From the NCBI GenBank assembly GCA_036172245.1, contig JAYWIR010000080.1, positions 186,001 through 250,000 of the forward strand: DNA of 64,000 nucleotides, written 5' to 3'. Every line of letters starts with the position of its first letter. Within the stretch, counting starts at the first letter, position 1. This document shows positions 40,644 to 54,192 of the stretch, in pieces. Both the position numbers and the translations under genes were made by a program. Source of the DNA: Raillietiella orientalis. Lineage: Eukaryota. A model generated the notes under the pieces. It saw only the letters and a program-made list of their open reading frames with translations, had not been told where the DNA came from and did not search any database.

Positions 40644-43599
40644 TCATAACAAAATGTTCTTCAAAACAACTTTCCTTTTGTTCTGTGATCCAAGACTAAT
40701 TGTTCTTCATACAGCTTCTATATTACACATTTTTATAAAATCTTTTCATTTGGAATGCCGATTTATTCGCCCTTACGGAAAAAAAAAACAATTAAATCAC
40801 GATTGTCCTTAATCCTTGATTAACCAACAACTGTCCTTAATCCGTGAATGTCCTACTTCCCATATTTCGCCTCACCTATTGAGAAATAAATCTCACAAAA
40901 GGCTCCAGCTGGAACTTGCTTCGTTCCCTACATGAGACAGCCGTGTGCTTCTTCAGAATGCAACTGAATTTCGAGAGTAAATCTCACAAAATTAATGAAT
41001 GAGGAACACACTCATTTAAAAACATCTGAATCTGTGAGACACGAATGCAAATCCTCTCACGACTTCCATGTATACACCGGAATTTTCAACTACTCCCATG
41101 TCATATTTCATAGATGAACCAGGACTGCATGGAATGCTGTTTCGTCTTTGACAGTACCACATCTAAAAGTCAACATACTGATTTTTTGTAAAATTGAAAC
41201 TGTGAAGGAAGCCTGAAGCTTGCTCAGGCTCTGCGTTAAATAGAAAAGAGTGGAAATTGTAAGCAAAATGATTAAAGTGGGCCAAACCACTTTGCAAATC
41301 TGAGAGATTAAAGAAGCTCGTTGCAGTGATCAAAGCATGAATAGCTTTAGGGCTTGTTCTATGACACTTAAGGAAAACTTCCTATGAACCCGTAGTAAGC
41401 AACTGAAAACGAACAAATCCAGAAACATCACCTGCCACCCAAGTTGCTGATTAATCGTTGACACTATGACTGAGATTCTGCAGAGACTTTTATAGGGGAT
41501 TTAAATCGAAATCTAAGTGTAGTCTTCAATGTGAACTCTACACGATAGGGCTTTCAAAATATGATCTGTAGCGTAAAAAGTAAAAAAAAAAAAAAAAATA
41601 CTGAACGGAACATATTTCGATACGTTTCCAATCCTTGGGAGCATCCACAAGTGATGGAAACATCGAAGACGTCTGAACTCCCAAGTTTTTAAAACAAAAA
41701 CAAAAACAGTTTCACTCTAATCAAAGGTACTTAATCGATACTACTGAAGGAATCAGCTTCCCTTGAAGAGTAAGTGAACACATACAGGAAATATAAAGAA
41801 ATACTTTATGTTTCATAAAAAAAATGTGATTCATTTATTTCATTCCGTTTCGTCAAAGTTCTTGAGCCATAGAAGAGACGGAACTGTGGGTTTGGTTTTC
41901 TTCTTCAATAATGATATCCTGTTTCCTGTTTTAAATGCTTGGAATACTTGGTTGAAATGTAAAATGCTTACAGATACAGAAACCAAACAGTCAGTAAATT
42001 GATCTAGAAGCAGCTATTTAAAAAAGAACAAAATAAATAATTCAAACAAAACTTAATCCAGTCAGAATACACAAAGCATTCTCGATATGCAGAGAATAAT
42101 CCATATGAATTATAAATAAGAAAACAGATAAAATGCGAAGCATGCAAATTTCTCAAGATGAAGTTTACATCCAAAAGTACTAAAAGCAAGGAAAGTCCTA
42201 TAAAGAGTTGCACTCAGTGCACAGTAAACAAGCATATATTTCTTCGATCTGTTTCTGAAGAAAACACTCATTTGACAGCACTTTATTCTGAAACAGAATT
42301 TCACCGATATTTGGCAACTACAAAAAGCAGTCCTTCACTCTAATCAGTCACACACATTCTTTTGATGACCATTTTTGTGTGTGCGTGTTGTAAAAGCAGA
42401 GGTTAATCGTAAAATAGTTCTCCAGTTGTTCTTACGTCCAGAAAAAGTATCCAGAAAAATTATCAGGCGTAGCTACAAGGACAATCTGTTACATACTGAA
42501 TCCGAGTTAGAAGATTGAAAGAGCAAAGCTTTTGTGTGTGTGGGGGGGAGAGGGGGGGCGCTCCGAGAAATTATTCAAATAGATTCTCCTAACGGAGAAG
42601 ACTGGGTTCAAATGAAACAGACAATCAAGATAACTGAAGCTTTTAGTAATACTCTTTGCTATTGTGTGGCCACGAGCTCTGCATTCGTAGAGTTAAGTCC
42701 TTTCTTGAATTTCCGCTGCTCACAAAGTCCAAAACAATTCCAAAATTCTAAGAAGGTCGCGAGTCTGGTAGGCTACCAGCTGGCTAATAATACCAAGGAC
42801 GTTGAATTGAATTTCTCTGGTGCCGTTTTCAAGCAACGCTGATTTGAGGAGAAAGGTTTGTGACTGCTGAAGCAACGTCGAGTTTAAGGTAGGATCATTA
42901 AGAAACCTAGAAACAAAAGCATAGTTGAAGAAATGAATGAATAGCACTTAAAGGGAAAAGTGACAACGTATTTCGGAGATAATAGAAAAAGTAGAATCAG
43001 AGAACGAATGTCTAATGTTTTTCTGTCCATTACCTTTCGTTAGAAACTGGACATTTCAGGTCGAAACCTGCAGATGTAATGTCCATGTATAAAATACGAA
43101 ATGTTAGATATGTAGTATTGATTAATAAGAAATCAAATGTACAGAATATGAGGGGTGCATGTTACTGACCACAAGTACCCCAATGTATGCGAACCCAACG
43201 TGGGAAACCGATTCACGCCGGCGACCATTACAGATCGGTTGGAATGCAAAATCAGAAATCTGAGGAAGAACAGCTAGACCATCCACAGAGGCTCTCCATC
43301 AGGCAAGAACTCGATCACTTTGCAGGATTCGGGAGATGGTCACCCGGAACAGATGAGGCAGATCATCCATAAAATTATGGCACAGGATAAAACTGCTTGT
43401 GTAAATTCCAATAAAACGAAACAGGTGGAACTAAAAACTGAGGATGAGACTACATGGTTAAGGTTGGAATTTTTATCTTAGGCCGAGACTATGTAGCGAG
43501 CTCGGGCTACAAGAGACATTGCATGCCCTTCTTAACATCAGCACACAGAGAGAAGAGAATCTGAAACTGATTCGACAGTAGCAAAGAATACCAAGGTTG

Positions 43600-45640
43600 G
43601 GTGAAGTGGTTTCTTCTCTTCAGTGGACCTCACCTCTTACAGGGTGAAAGAGGTCGACATGACACAATACAACGGAGCATTCGTCCTCAGGATCGGATGG
43701 AATAATCTCAAAGGCTGGAAACCGACCAGAGGTGGAGAGGCTCACCTCCGTTTTCAAGATATGCCTCCGGATCAGGAGAACGCTAGCACATTGGAAGAAA
43801 TCAGAGACGGCCCTGCTTCCGAAACCTTCTTCGGAGTCAGGAGTCAGCTTATGGAGACCGTTGTCCATAGGTGACCGTTGTCTAAGATATCGTTTATGTG
43901 CAAAGTGCCACTCTCGAAGACGAGTGGATCATCGACGATCCGGTCATTTGCCGTCAGCAAAAAGGATCCTTCCTTTCGATGTAGTCTTTGAATGAAAGTT
44001 CATTCTGCAGACGAGATTGAACGACCAAAGAGGTTCTCTCAGCACATCTGAATGTCATTTATTGACTTAGCAAGTGCGTTATCACAGTACCGCATGAGCA
44101 GCTGCTTGGTACCCTGTGGGAAAAAGTGAAGAGAAGAAAAGAGAACTCTTTGAAGAATTGATACAATATGTGTACACGGATGCATATATCTTCGTTCAGG
44201 AAGAATCCCAAACTACAAGAAGCGCCCAGATTCTCAAGGGAGTAAGACAGAGATGCCTCACTCAGTTCCCTGCTCCTTAATCAGGAAATCGATCCTGTTC
44301 TCCGAAGGCTAGAAGAAGCGTTTGGAGATAACTCTTTGCTGGTCTAGGCTGATCTAGCACTGACAGCAGAAACAGGGAATGGATTTCGTGAATGCCTCGG
44401 CTTGTTTCTTGGAAAATGCAAGAAAGTTGGACTTTCCATCAACCCCAGTAAGTGTGTACCACTACACGTTGAAGCAACGACATCAAAAGGGCACAGAAAA
44501 AATACCACTTAAATCGGATAACAAGAGGTTTCAATCGTCGAGCGCGTTGATGCATAAACATATTTGGGACAGCGTCTTGATCTGGGCTTCTCCTCGCCAA
44601 AGCTCACCAGACGACAAATTTTGTCCAAAACACTGCGCATGATGGATTGAGCGCTGTCCCTATGGAGAAAGTAGAGGACATATGAATCTTCCAGTCTCGT
44701 TACTTTCGAGCAGCTGGGAAGTTCAGAAAAGCAGACGGGCATTCCTGTCAGCAATAGAACACGGCGATTCCTGAAGAAGCGAAGAATTGAATTTCTCCCC
44801 GCGGAGGTATTCAATCGGACCAGAAACAAAATCCGGAGCAGCATTTGGGCGGCGGCAAGGCGGGAAACGGTCAGAGCAATTGTGGAATGGGCATTTGTGG
44901 AAACAGACCCAGAATCACCATTGGGGATGCAATTTTGAACAACCATCTGAAAAAGAAAATCACCTCCACTCTGCGCACAATCCAGAGCGCGACTTTCTCT
45001 CAACGAAGAGTACCTGGGCTAAGAGAAACGCATCGTGAGAGCAACATCATGAGCCATGTATTCCCTACTCAATGATGAAAACTAAATTTAAAACTCTTCT
45101 ACTGCAGATGTGGCGCAGATCTATACGAGCAGCGTCCACCAACCCGATGGTCAGGACGGTGTTGTGTGATGTGGGAGAAATCTGTCGAGCTCACTTTCAA
45201 CCATTACATCTGAAAACCATCGAGAGACATGATGAACTGGAAGCTCAGAATGCAAGAGAGATAAACGAAAGTGGGAACTGGTCGACCCATTTCCGGAGAA
45301 CGTTCAAAAGTGCGACCCACTCGTGTTCCGGGATCACAGGAAAGGAATAACAGTGGACATTTAACTGCCCCTCCAAACCTTCAACTGAAGAACTAGAGGA
45401 GCAGCAAGACGAAGGAAGGAAAGAGCAGGAACGGGTCTTCACTAGCTCTTCATTTTTTCAACAACAAACAGCATTCCTCGGTGCCATCGTTGTGGGATCC
45501 CTGGAATCATGAGAGCTGGCAAACGGACCACTTTTAAAGATCCCTAAGCGACGAGTGAAGCACATCAGAAGAGAAATGATATGCCGTTTCAGCCCTTGCT
45601 ACTCTAGGTTGATATACTGGAGGCACATCATTCACAGAAT
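43600..45640 (+). mobile_element. Degenerate R2-group (RLE-type; NeSL/Utopia-like) non-LTR retrotransposon
   Basis: Frameshifted RT motifs occur in the expected order: GSDGI, FKICL...HWKKSETALLPK...WRPLSI, DLASA..VPHEQL, KGVRQ.C, LLLNQEIDPVLRRL, decayed 'L.*ADL'. C-terminal RHD, ITVDI.P, AIVVGSL and DI.WRH follow, typical of the restriction-like endonuclease region. Confidence 0.8.
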
Positions 45641-45829
45641 TGCTTCTATGTGACTTGACTCCACCAGCCGAAACAGATTCATCTCGAAGTTGAACTGCCA
45701 TTAAAAGAACTATATTTGAAAAATAATATCATAATAACATCAGAAATGGTAAAATATCAAGCAACCTATTCCATCGCACAATGACACTGACTCCCTCTCT
45801 TTCTCTTTTTCCGAACCTTCACCATCACA

Positions 45830-46440
45830 GTTACTGACACCAGCACATGGAACCAGGAGTTTCCAGTCGGGATGAACCCGGCGTGTCCGATCCATGCATA
45901 CCTGCTAGGTTTGGATGGAGTATCTCTCCTTCATGGGAACCACTTGTTGCGAATCTCCGAGAAGGAAAACCTCTTGATGAGGGAAAGCAATTCCCGTAAT
46001 AAATGAAAACTCGATCATTCCGAAAGACATTCTCAGGAGATGCGTGTTCCACACCGCTACATTAAAGATGGTATTCGAGAATCCATTGCGACCAGGCCCG
46101 GAGCTACTGTAGTAAGTGATGTCACGTATCAGAGCAATCTGAAGGCAAAAGCCGTTTTCAATGAAACCCTGATCAGAGCTAAATAAATGTGCTGAGCACA
46201 TTTCTGGCAGACTATTTTCTATCTTTTGATTTATTACGTCAAAACTATCGGACTCTTCGTCGAGAAATTTCTGCACTATGTCAGAACATACCGATTTACA
46301 CCATATAATGGGTGTAGGCACTGCAATCACTCGAGGGTCGGCCTCTTCTTTGTCGCTTTCTTGCTCACTCCTGTTGCTAACAGTTTCCCGGAATCTTCTG
46401 AGGAAACTTGAAGAGCTTCCTATTAACCAGTCCATCCCTC
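45830..46440 (-). mobile_element. Degenerate piggyBac-like transposase fragment (N-terminal half to first catalytic region)
   Basis: Across shifted frames: acidic N-terminus plus W, 'DIVQKFLDEE', 'DR-FHLLRELL', 'QQVVPMKERYS' (cf. DEQMVPFKGR) and 'PSKPSRY' (cf. PxKPxKYG). No terminal inverted repeats were identified. Confidence 0.55.
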
Positions 46441-46519
46441 TGGACTCACAGCACTTCTACATCAACTATTGATTCTTGACTGTTTTCCACATTTAGTGAA
46501 GTACGAAAGGGTAAATAAT

Positions 46520-47420
46520 TAACCATTCTCAAGGATTCCGTGCAACCAATGGACATCTCTGCAGCAAATATTTTACGTTCAGGGACTTTCTGCAAGGGCA
46601 AAGTTTCGGGTCCACTGAAACTCTGTTCTTCCTTTTATGAATGTAATCGGCCCGCCAAGACTTTGAACGGAAAATGAAATCCGAAATCCAATGTTAAAGT
46701 GCGGGGAACCAAGAATTTTTCAAAAATTTCTGAACTCTCGTGATTCCAGGTTTACAACTTGTCTCAAATTCGAATCTACGTTGAAAAATCTTGAAAATCA
46801 ACGAAAATGTTAATGTGGTAATAGGATAAGCTAATTTATTAATCACTCGACTGATCTGTATGGGTGATTCTTATGTATCGTGGAATGTGGTGCGCGTCAA
46901 AACTTGCTGAACTGCCATTCTCACGGTAAAACCAGAGCTTTTGCATTGGAATCAGCAATGAATCTATTTGTTCAAAGGTCTCAATCTCTCGACTGAAAAG
47001 GATGAAAACTTTTGATTTATTCATGGCGGTGGCTGAGTGAACAAATACTTCAGGGGTTACTACACAGTCAGTTGAAGAAAAGGTCTTTGCAAAAAACTCC
47101 CCGTCCTCCTGATTGAATAATAGAGACACTGCAAAGGTGGAATTCTTGAGCTATTAAGACTTTTGAAAGGAAGACAACCAATCAAACGAGCTCATTGCAT
47201 TGGTGGTATGCTTTGATGCCTTCATGCCTTTTCGCTTTTTAGAACATGTCAGCAGCAGCAGTTATTGGTATTGATGCCAAGGGACTTCCTAGCAGTCTTG
47301 AAAACCGTAGTGTCAAAACTGACCAGTCGTTCGAAGCATGAAAGAGCGGTAAGCATAAAAGCAAGAAAGAGTCTGTTAAATTCCCTGACCTCTTTTTCCA
47401 TTTGCTTCTATAGCTTTTCC
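46520..47420 (-). mobile_element. Degenerate 3' part of an I-group-like LINE (RNase H-like region plus C-terminal Cys/His knuckle)
   Basis: HIPRYIRI (cf. WIPSHVGI) at the end of an RNase H-sized ORF (46839..47129), followed by LCPCRKSLNVKYLLQRCP (cf. CxC...LTVxHxLxxCP). Confidence 0.45.
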
Positions 47421-50400
47421 ATTGTACTGACGATGTGATGTTTTCATTAAGACCTCATATATGTTAGTCACTCTTCTTTATTAGAGAAAATCATTGCCAG
47501 GGAATTGAATCACAGCATCCGTTGTCACGGGGAAAGCATGTTACAGGCAAAAGAGTTGTATTTGCTGCTTTGTAAATGCAACCCCTATTTCTTCCTTGCT
47601 GTTTGCACCGAATAAAATATAAAGTGTATAAATTGGTAATTATATGGTTTAGGACTTCGTTGTGCTTCGACCTTGCTATTTGGTCAGCCCTCACTCCCTT
47701 AACCACGTGTAGCGAGGATGCTCACACGATCATCTGTGCATTCGCAAGTCCCTAACATTTCCGTATGTAGAAGGCACCATGCCTTTAAACGAAAAACTGG
47801 AAGTAGAATCTGTCTTAATCTTACTTTTCGTTATTGTAGTAAATATTGGAGTTTTTTTTTCTTGACATCCTTGATCCATTACATTTCAAAGCGATGAAGA
47901 CATTTTCGACCTCCTTATATTTATCATACTAGCTAATCTTGAGAAACTCAAAGAAATGGAGTGCTTGGAGAATCCCTTAAACTATTAGAGCATTCTAGCA
48001 TTTTCGGTCATTTTGGCCAGACTGGGAACCCGCTCTGTCAGACCAAAATTGTTTGTTTGCTTACTGCTTTCAGTCCAAATTGAAAAAAGATTTTTTTTCT
48101 TCATCCATCCCTTTCGTGCGTCTTAGAAGAACTATTTTCTTCCATGGATCTTTGAGAATGACAAATCCGTCGGTTCATTTGCAACGGTCATGAATTCAGA
48201 ATATGGAAACATACTGCAATGAAGCTTCCATGGCTTCTCACTATCTCTAGTCTCATGGTAGATTTACATCTAGACCATTCGCTTCTTACAATTGATTTTC
48301 AACAGCTCACTTTTTTGTGAACATTATGAAAAAATAGAAAACTATCTTGGATCACAGATGTGCATTTGCATATAATAGGTTGAGCTTTTCTGGAATCTTT
48401 CGCCCTTGTCAAGAGAGCAACTCTTCTTGTCATTACCGCTATTCCATTCCACTCCATGTCTCGTCAATGGTCCATTACTACCTCGAGGTTTCTCTGCATG
48501 TGGAAGTTTCTCTCGAAAATTTCAAGCACTTTGAGATTTTCTTTGGTTTCTTGAATCTCTGGAGGCACCGATCACGCAAGCCAGAGAGCAAAGATGGTTT
48601 TCCACTTTCTGGCAATACATGCTAAAATTTCAATGCTCATTTTCTAATGAGCAAAAACACAGAACAATAATTACGGCACATAGCTAACCATCATCAAAAG
48701 AACGCAGACTTTGGAAAATTCTCATTCTTCTATCTTTTTTCTTTAGTCGGTGAGGATTTACCGGTGCTTCCGTCAAGATTTGTGAATTATTAAAATTTGC
48801 AGTTTTTCTAAATAGAGATATTCGAAGGATCAGGATCCTTGGATAGCGATGCATCTAATGTAAGAGTCGGAGAATGCTTTCTGCTGAGTTGAAGAATATG
48901 AAAAGATGAGATTATGATTGATAGCAAAATGGATGAAGGAATGAAAGTTCAGATGATGTGTACAAAAGTTCAGAAGATCGATGCATGATTTTGCTGTGAA
49001 CGATAGGATTTTGTAAATAATGCCGTCATTCTTCCGATGGTTTGTCAGCACCGTTCATCACTGTCCTCACGTCACCCTCTCCAGCCTTTGCTTTCTGACT
49101 TGAGATGCGTTGGAGCATTCTTCCCGGGCACAAATAACTCGGATTAGCGGCAACAGTATTTCAACGGGATCCAATTGAGTTATCTTGAGTTCTGTCCTTA
49201 ATGAAAACGAATCGCATCAAGAAAACTTTTTTTTAACAAAGATGACGAAGCGTAGGATGCGTAGAGCAAGTTATATCACGAACTCCACTGATTGACAAAA
49301 AACTCGAGTGTGGTCTGTCCAAAGTCTTCGATGAAGTGCAATGAACGTTTTTGGACAATCCTTCCTTCTATGGGTTGCAGAAGATTTCGATTTCAAGACA
49401 ACGGAATTAAGCAGTGACCCCCCCCCCCCCCGGTTGCCTCTTATTTCTTGAACATTTCATTTTACCGGCATGTGTAGGTAATTTTCCTGATCATCGTGAA
49501 TGGCCCAAGTGTTCCGTAGCTAGCAACGAAATTGCTACGCAAATGTGTGGCTCCTATGTTTAAATGCCTGTAAATCATGGGTTTATGCTTCGTAACAAGA
49601 AACCGAAGAACTCTCATCGAACCAGCTTCATTTTCTCGATGGACCTCATTTTATAGCTCAAGCACTTTCGTTTGCTTTCGCGAATAAACTTAACATCAGC
49701 CTTCAAAGTGGATTGCAATTTCATTAACGCTAACGTTCAGATTTCGTGAAGGTGGATTTTTTCAGATACCTCTCATGGATGCCGAGGTTCCTGTTTTTTT
49801 TTTTTTTTTGCTTTTTTTAATGCCGTGGTACAGAGATCATGCTCCTTTGAATTCTGTGTTAGCAGTTTTTTTTTTTGCTGACAAAGACCCGAACGGTATC
49901 AAAAGCACCTTCCTCTCTGGGAAAGCGCTCGTTTTCCATTCAGAGCCCATAGAAACCATAAGGCACTCACTCGTAGTTACATGAAAAGTGTCGCATTGGA
50001 ACACGACGTCTTCAATGAAGGTGTTTGCAACACTAGCGGAAGTGAAAATTCCGATGTCTGCTGTGTTTCAATGAAAAAAGATTTTCACCAACATGCGCAT
50101 TCAAGGGAAGCATTTCCGGAGAGCAGCTGACCTTCTTCTATTCCCAAACGTACGAAGAGCATTCGAAGCAATGAAACTATGAGGTCCTTCAAAACCTCGA
50201 AGAGAGAGAGAGGGAGAGAGAAAATCTCAGGGTTGGTCCCTCAAGGAATTCATGGACCGCATAGAAGAACAGTTCACTGACTCCCAGATGCCTCAATTTT
50301 TTTTTTTTTTTTTTATCACAAACAATCGCTTTCAGCACTATGTAATTTACTGTATGCATGACGAGCTCGTGAGAAAGGTGTGAGAAAGGAACGTGGTGGG

Positions 50401-52340
50401 AAGAAGCATCCTTTTTGTATGGCAAAGTTTAGAATGGATATGATTCATCTACCACCTTCAGTGTTCGTTACAGACATCGGAGGGGTGTCCTTGACTTTGC
50501 ATTTTATTGTTCAGGATGAACTCATTCCTTCTGTTCTTCAGGTTTGATAGGCAATTCCGGCAGAGTTAATTTCGACAGTCAAGAGAGATCTAACTCCTGC
50601 CTGACAAGAGAACTTTTCTGCTCTGCAAAGAGGAAAGGTTGTGAAAATTATGGCTAATGTTATTTGACACGGAAGCAGTTAGATGAAGAAGGGCTCAGAA
50701 AGAATGGAGAAAGATTTCGTTTCCTGCGGTTCCTTCGGATTAAATCCAGGAAGTCAAGCTAACTTTAGTATGTTGAGACTTTAGGAAGTGGAACCTGGTA
50801 GCCCGTGTCAATTTCATCGTGCCTATAGCGAACTACGCTACCGTGCTAACGAGGGTGTTTTCACGCTCTAATGAGAAGTGGCATCAGATAAGTCAGAAGG
50901 GTCCATTGTAAATAATACTGATGGTGGAGCATAACATGCTGGTAACTGGTTGATGCTCATTCGGAACCCCCATCTGCAAAATTCCACAGATGCTCATCAA
51001 ACAATGAAGATAGAAGAATGGATGCATCAATCATATCTAAGCACTGCAAGGAGCAATCATGAAAAGATGTATTTCTTACGTAAAGTTGCACATGACGGTG
51101 ATTCCGAGCACGAACGGCAAGAATAAATAAACAGCAAGTGCTATAAGCTATCCTCCGTTGCATCTCGGATGGAGCATAACTCGAATTCCATGTGTTCGGA
51201 GACAGAGAGTAGGAAACTCTTCAAGAAAGTATCTTTAGAAGGAGCGAAGAGCTCAAAATAAAGGAATCAAATAAACAACCGTGAACTGAATATTGCAAGC
51301 ATTTAAAGGAAAAAGAAAACTGGAAGGGAATTTACGCTGTCGCAGTGCTGTTCCTGTGGGAATATCCGATTGAATGATAAGCATTTCATGACAGATTTCT
51401 GTGCCGAGAGAATAGAGAATCCTTGTACTCGTGTTGGTAGCTTATTATCCAACCCTACTTCGCTTGCAAAAAAGAGCAATTTCTCATCCCCATCTACTTA
51501 AACCACTCCTCGAAACTGACATAACCTTCGGTCAGATATCCTCGCGATTTGAGTTTATGCGGACATCTCCGAAAGACCATCGCTTCAATTTCACCACCAA
51601 TGTTAGCCATCAAGTTTATCGTCCCTTTTGTCCATCAAAAGGGGGATCCAAGGAAACTTTGAAGGCCTATACCTTTTTCATTTCTCTTTCACTTATCTTG
51701 CCATCTTGAGTCCTGAGGGTAGTCTAGATCACTAGCTAAATTTGCTTTCAGTCAGAGCACATCAACTGATGTTCTCCGTTTTTCAAGAAGATAAATACAG
51801 GAGTGTTTGTTTTTTGCTTCGAGGACCTCTCACAACCATCTTTTTTTTTTCTTTTCACATGAAAGGCTGTATGGTTGAAAGGAAAAATCCTCTATTTTTT
51901 TTTTCTACCATGTCGACGCTTTTTTAGCTTCAAATAACAAGATATAATAATTTTTCTGTGGTGAAATATTTCTCGATGTCAACGGAATTGGAAACTGCAT
52001 TTCCCTCTCACAATTCCAAGCGGTATTGGTTGTTATAATTTTAGAGAATAACCAGACCTATTTAAGGTCAGAGTATCTGTTTCTCTGCAAGAAAATATGC
52101 ATGTTCCACGAGGGATTTGATCATCCAATTTGCCGATTGAGTATTCTCTATCTCCTCCGGATCTCCCGACCTAAGATTCCTCTTCTCACGCCTTTCGAGA
52201 TTCAACTATAACTTCTGAAGCAACCATGAAGCTCGAGTAAAAACCGACACCAAATTTCCCTATTAACGCTACAGTTTGGCTGGAATCCTTGCTACTTTTG
52301 ATCGCCTCCAGAAATCTTCGTGTACCAGAACTGGCGAGCG

Positions 52341-52616
52341 TGCAAAGCGTGCGTGATCGAGCACTTTTTTCGCAAGGGAAGTCATGATAATAAGTGGTAT
52401 GGGTATTATCGCGGCCGCATATGCAGTCAGATGCAGATCTCTATATAACAACATGGCAACACTACCAATCAGAATTACAAAAGTTCGCGATATGGTGAGT
52501 AGGCTGCTATTTATTATCGATTGCCACACAGAGGTATCGGTAATTAGTGCTGAGATGACATCTTGGACACCACTGTTCTCGAAGAAGCTTGGTTGCAAGT
52601 CGGTGACATTGCTGTA
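52341..52616 (-). pseudogene. Isolated fragment of an ABC exporter transmembrane domain, alphaproteobacterial (Rickettsiales/Wolbachia-like) in appearance
   Basis: [92 protein letters not shown] matches the ABC_membrane coupling helix and the next two TM helices. It is intronless, with no flanking homologous sequence and no ATPase domain nearby. Confidence 0.7.
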
Positions 52617-54174
52617 TTGCACATTTATTCATTGAGAGTGCTAGCTTTCAGGTAATGAGAATGCTCTGTTATCTTTTATCTGGATTGCCAGATCTTTAGG
52701 TGCCACATGCAAAGCTCAGAAAATTTTGGAACTCCCTCCATAAAACATGAATAAAACCTGAGGTTATGAATCTTCGTAAAGTTGTGAATTTAAATACATT
52801 ATATACGCGTTAACCCTCTGAAAATCCTGACACCTGGTCATCTTCGGTCATGTGGTTTATCTGTGCGCGCCACATCTCTGATAGATTTAAAAGATAGGCT
52901 GCTCCGTCAAAGAAAAATGTCTAGCCTACCGACAAAATTCGATCTTGCCTAATAGAACTCCTGGGTCACAGGAAAGGGAATTCAGGGGGGGGGGGGATCA
53001 CTTTTTCTCTGCCTCAAGGTTTGCTTTCCGGTGATCAAGATGTGACTTTCCTTCTACTGATGAGCATTCACCAGTGAATTGACAACACAAGCAGTGCTCA
53101 TGTGGCGGTAAGTCATAAACAGAGGTGCCAGGAACACGAACTGATACATAAACTCGCTCGTAAACAGCGAATGCGGATTGAGATGCTTATGGATTTCGAG
53201 AATGAAACGAATTGTGCTCGTAACTTTTAAATTTCTAAATGGATCGACTCCGGATATTTACAATTAATGGAAACATATAAGCAGCTAAAATACACACAAT
53301 TCCACTAAATGGAAAATGGCACTGTTTGAATTCTGGGAGAATTGAGTCTAGACGCAGTAAGAATTCGTTGTTTTTTTTTTTTTTGATAGTGTAACATAAA
53401 GCCGAATTATTTTTGATTTTCCATTTTTTGAATTATTGGATTACACGATTTAAATCTGGATTTTTTTTTTTCATTTTCAAAATTAATAATGCGGACGGTA
53501 TAACGTAAATATACGCGCGCTCTACTGCGTGGTCTATCACCTAAAGGATACGCTTGATGCAGTTCATGATTACCAACTATAATTTATAAAAACCGCCGTA
53601 ACGATATTTTCAAGATAATTAAAAGGGTGTACGTTTTATTCTGAGTGGTTATTTCTAGGCAATATATTAAAGTTAGTACTTGCCTTGTACTAGATAGCCG
53701 TTTTCGAAAATTGATCTCATCGACCTTTCATTTCGTATTTTTTTTTTGAACGTCCTGAAAACGCATCAATGCGGATGGTTTTTCAGCAACTTTGAGGCAT
53801 AATTCAGAATGGTATTGGCATTCTGACAATCATATTGAATAGAAGGATGCAATTATTTTCTGCAATTAGACCGATGCTCGAGTCATATTATGAATGCCAT
53901 GTCGCAATAGCACGTTTTTTTTTTTTTTTTTTGAGGAAAGAGGGGGTGCAAAACAAATTCCCACAAAGTTTTTGCAAAAAAAAAAACAAAAAAGTACCAG
54001 AGGTTAGAAATGGGCTGGTTATAAAGTTCCAGCTAATGTAACTCCCTTCCATCAGTTTTGTGTCAGAAAGAACTGCAATTGGAGGTGTGGATCATTCTCA
54101 TGATATGAAGCAATCACATCGTTATGAGTCAATTCGTTGGATCTCACAATGGAGACTGAATGAAATCTATACTG

Positions 54175-54192
54175 AATCAAATCAAATCAAAT
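54175..54192. repeat. Short (AAATC)n pentanucleotide repeat, possibly the (TTTGA)n tail of a minus-strand LINE
   Basis: aatcaaatcaaatcaaat. Confidence 0.5.

Noticed and set aside
43101..43120. tagatatgtagtat resembling the U2 snRNA target of Utopia elements
   Set aside because: Only ~8 nt match in AT-rich DNA, with no downstream U2 half at the element's 3' end.
45930..45990. EVFLLGDSQQ resembling superfamily-1 (viral) helicase motif III, suggesting an endogenous RNA virus
   Set aside because: No credible Walker A/B motifs. The surrounding frames fit piggyBac motifs (QVVPMKER, PSKPSRY) better.
50957..51163. LFILAVRARNH...HLW..DG resembling a piggyBac N-terminal segment
   Set aside because: Single weak motif with no supporting catalytic region.
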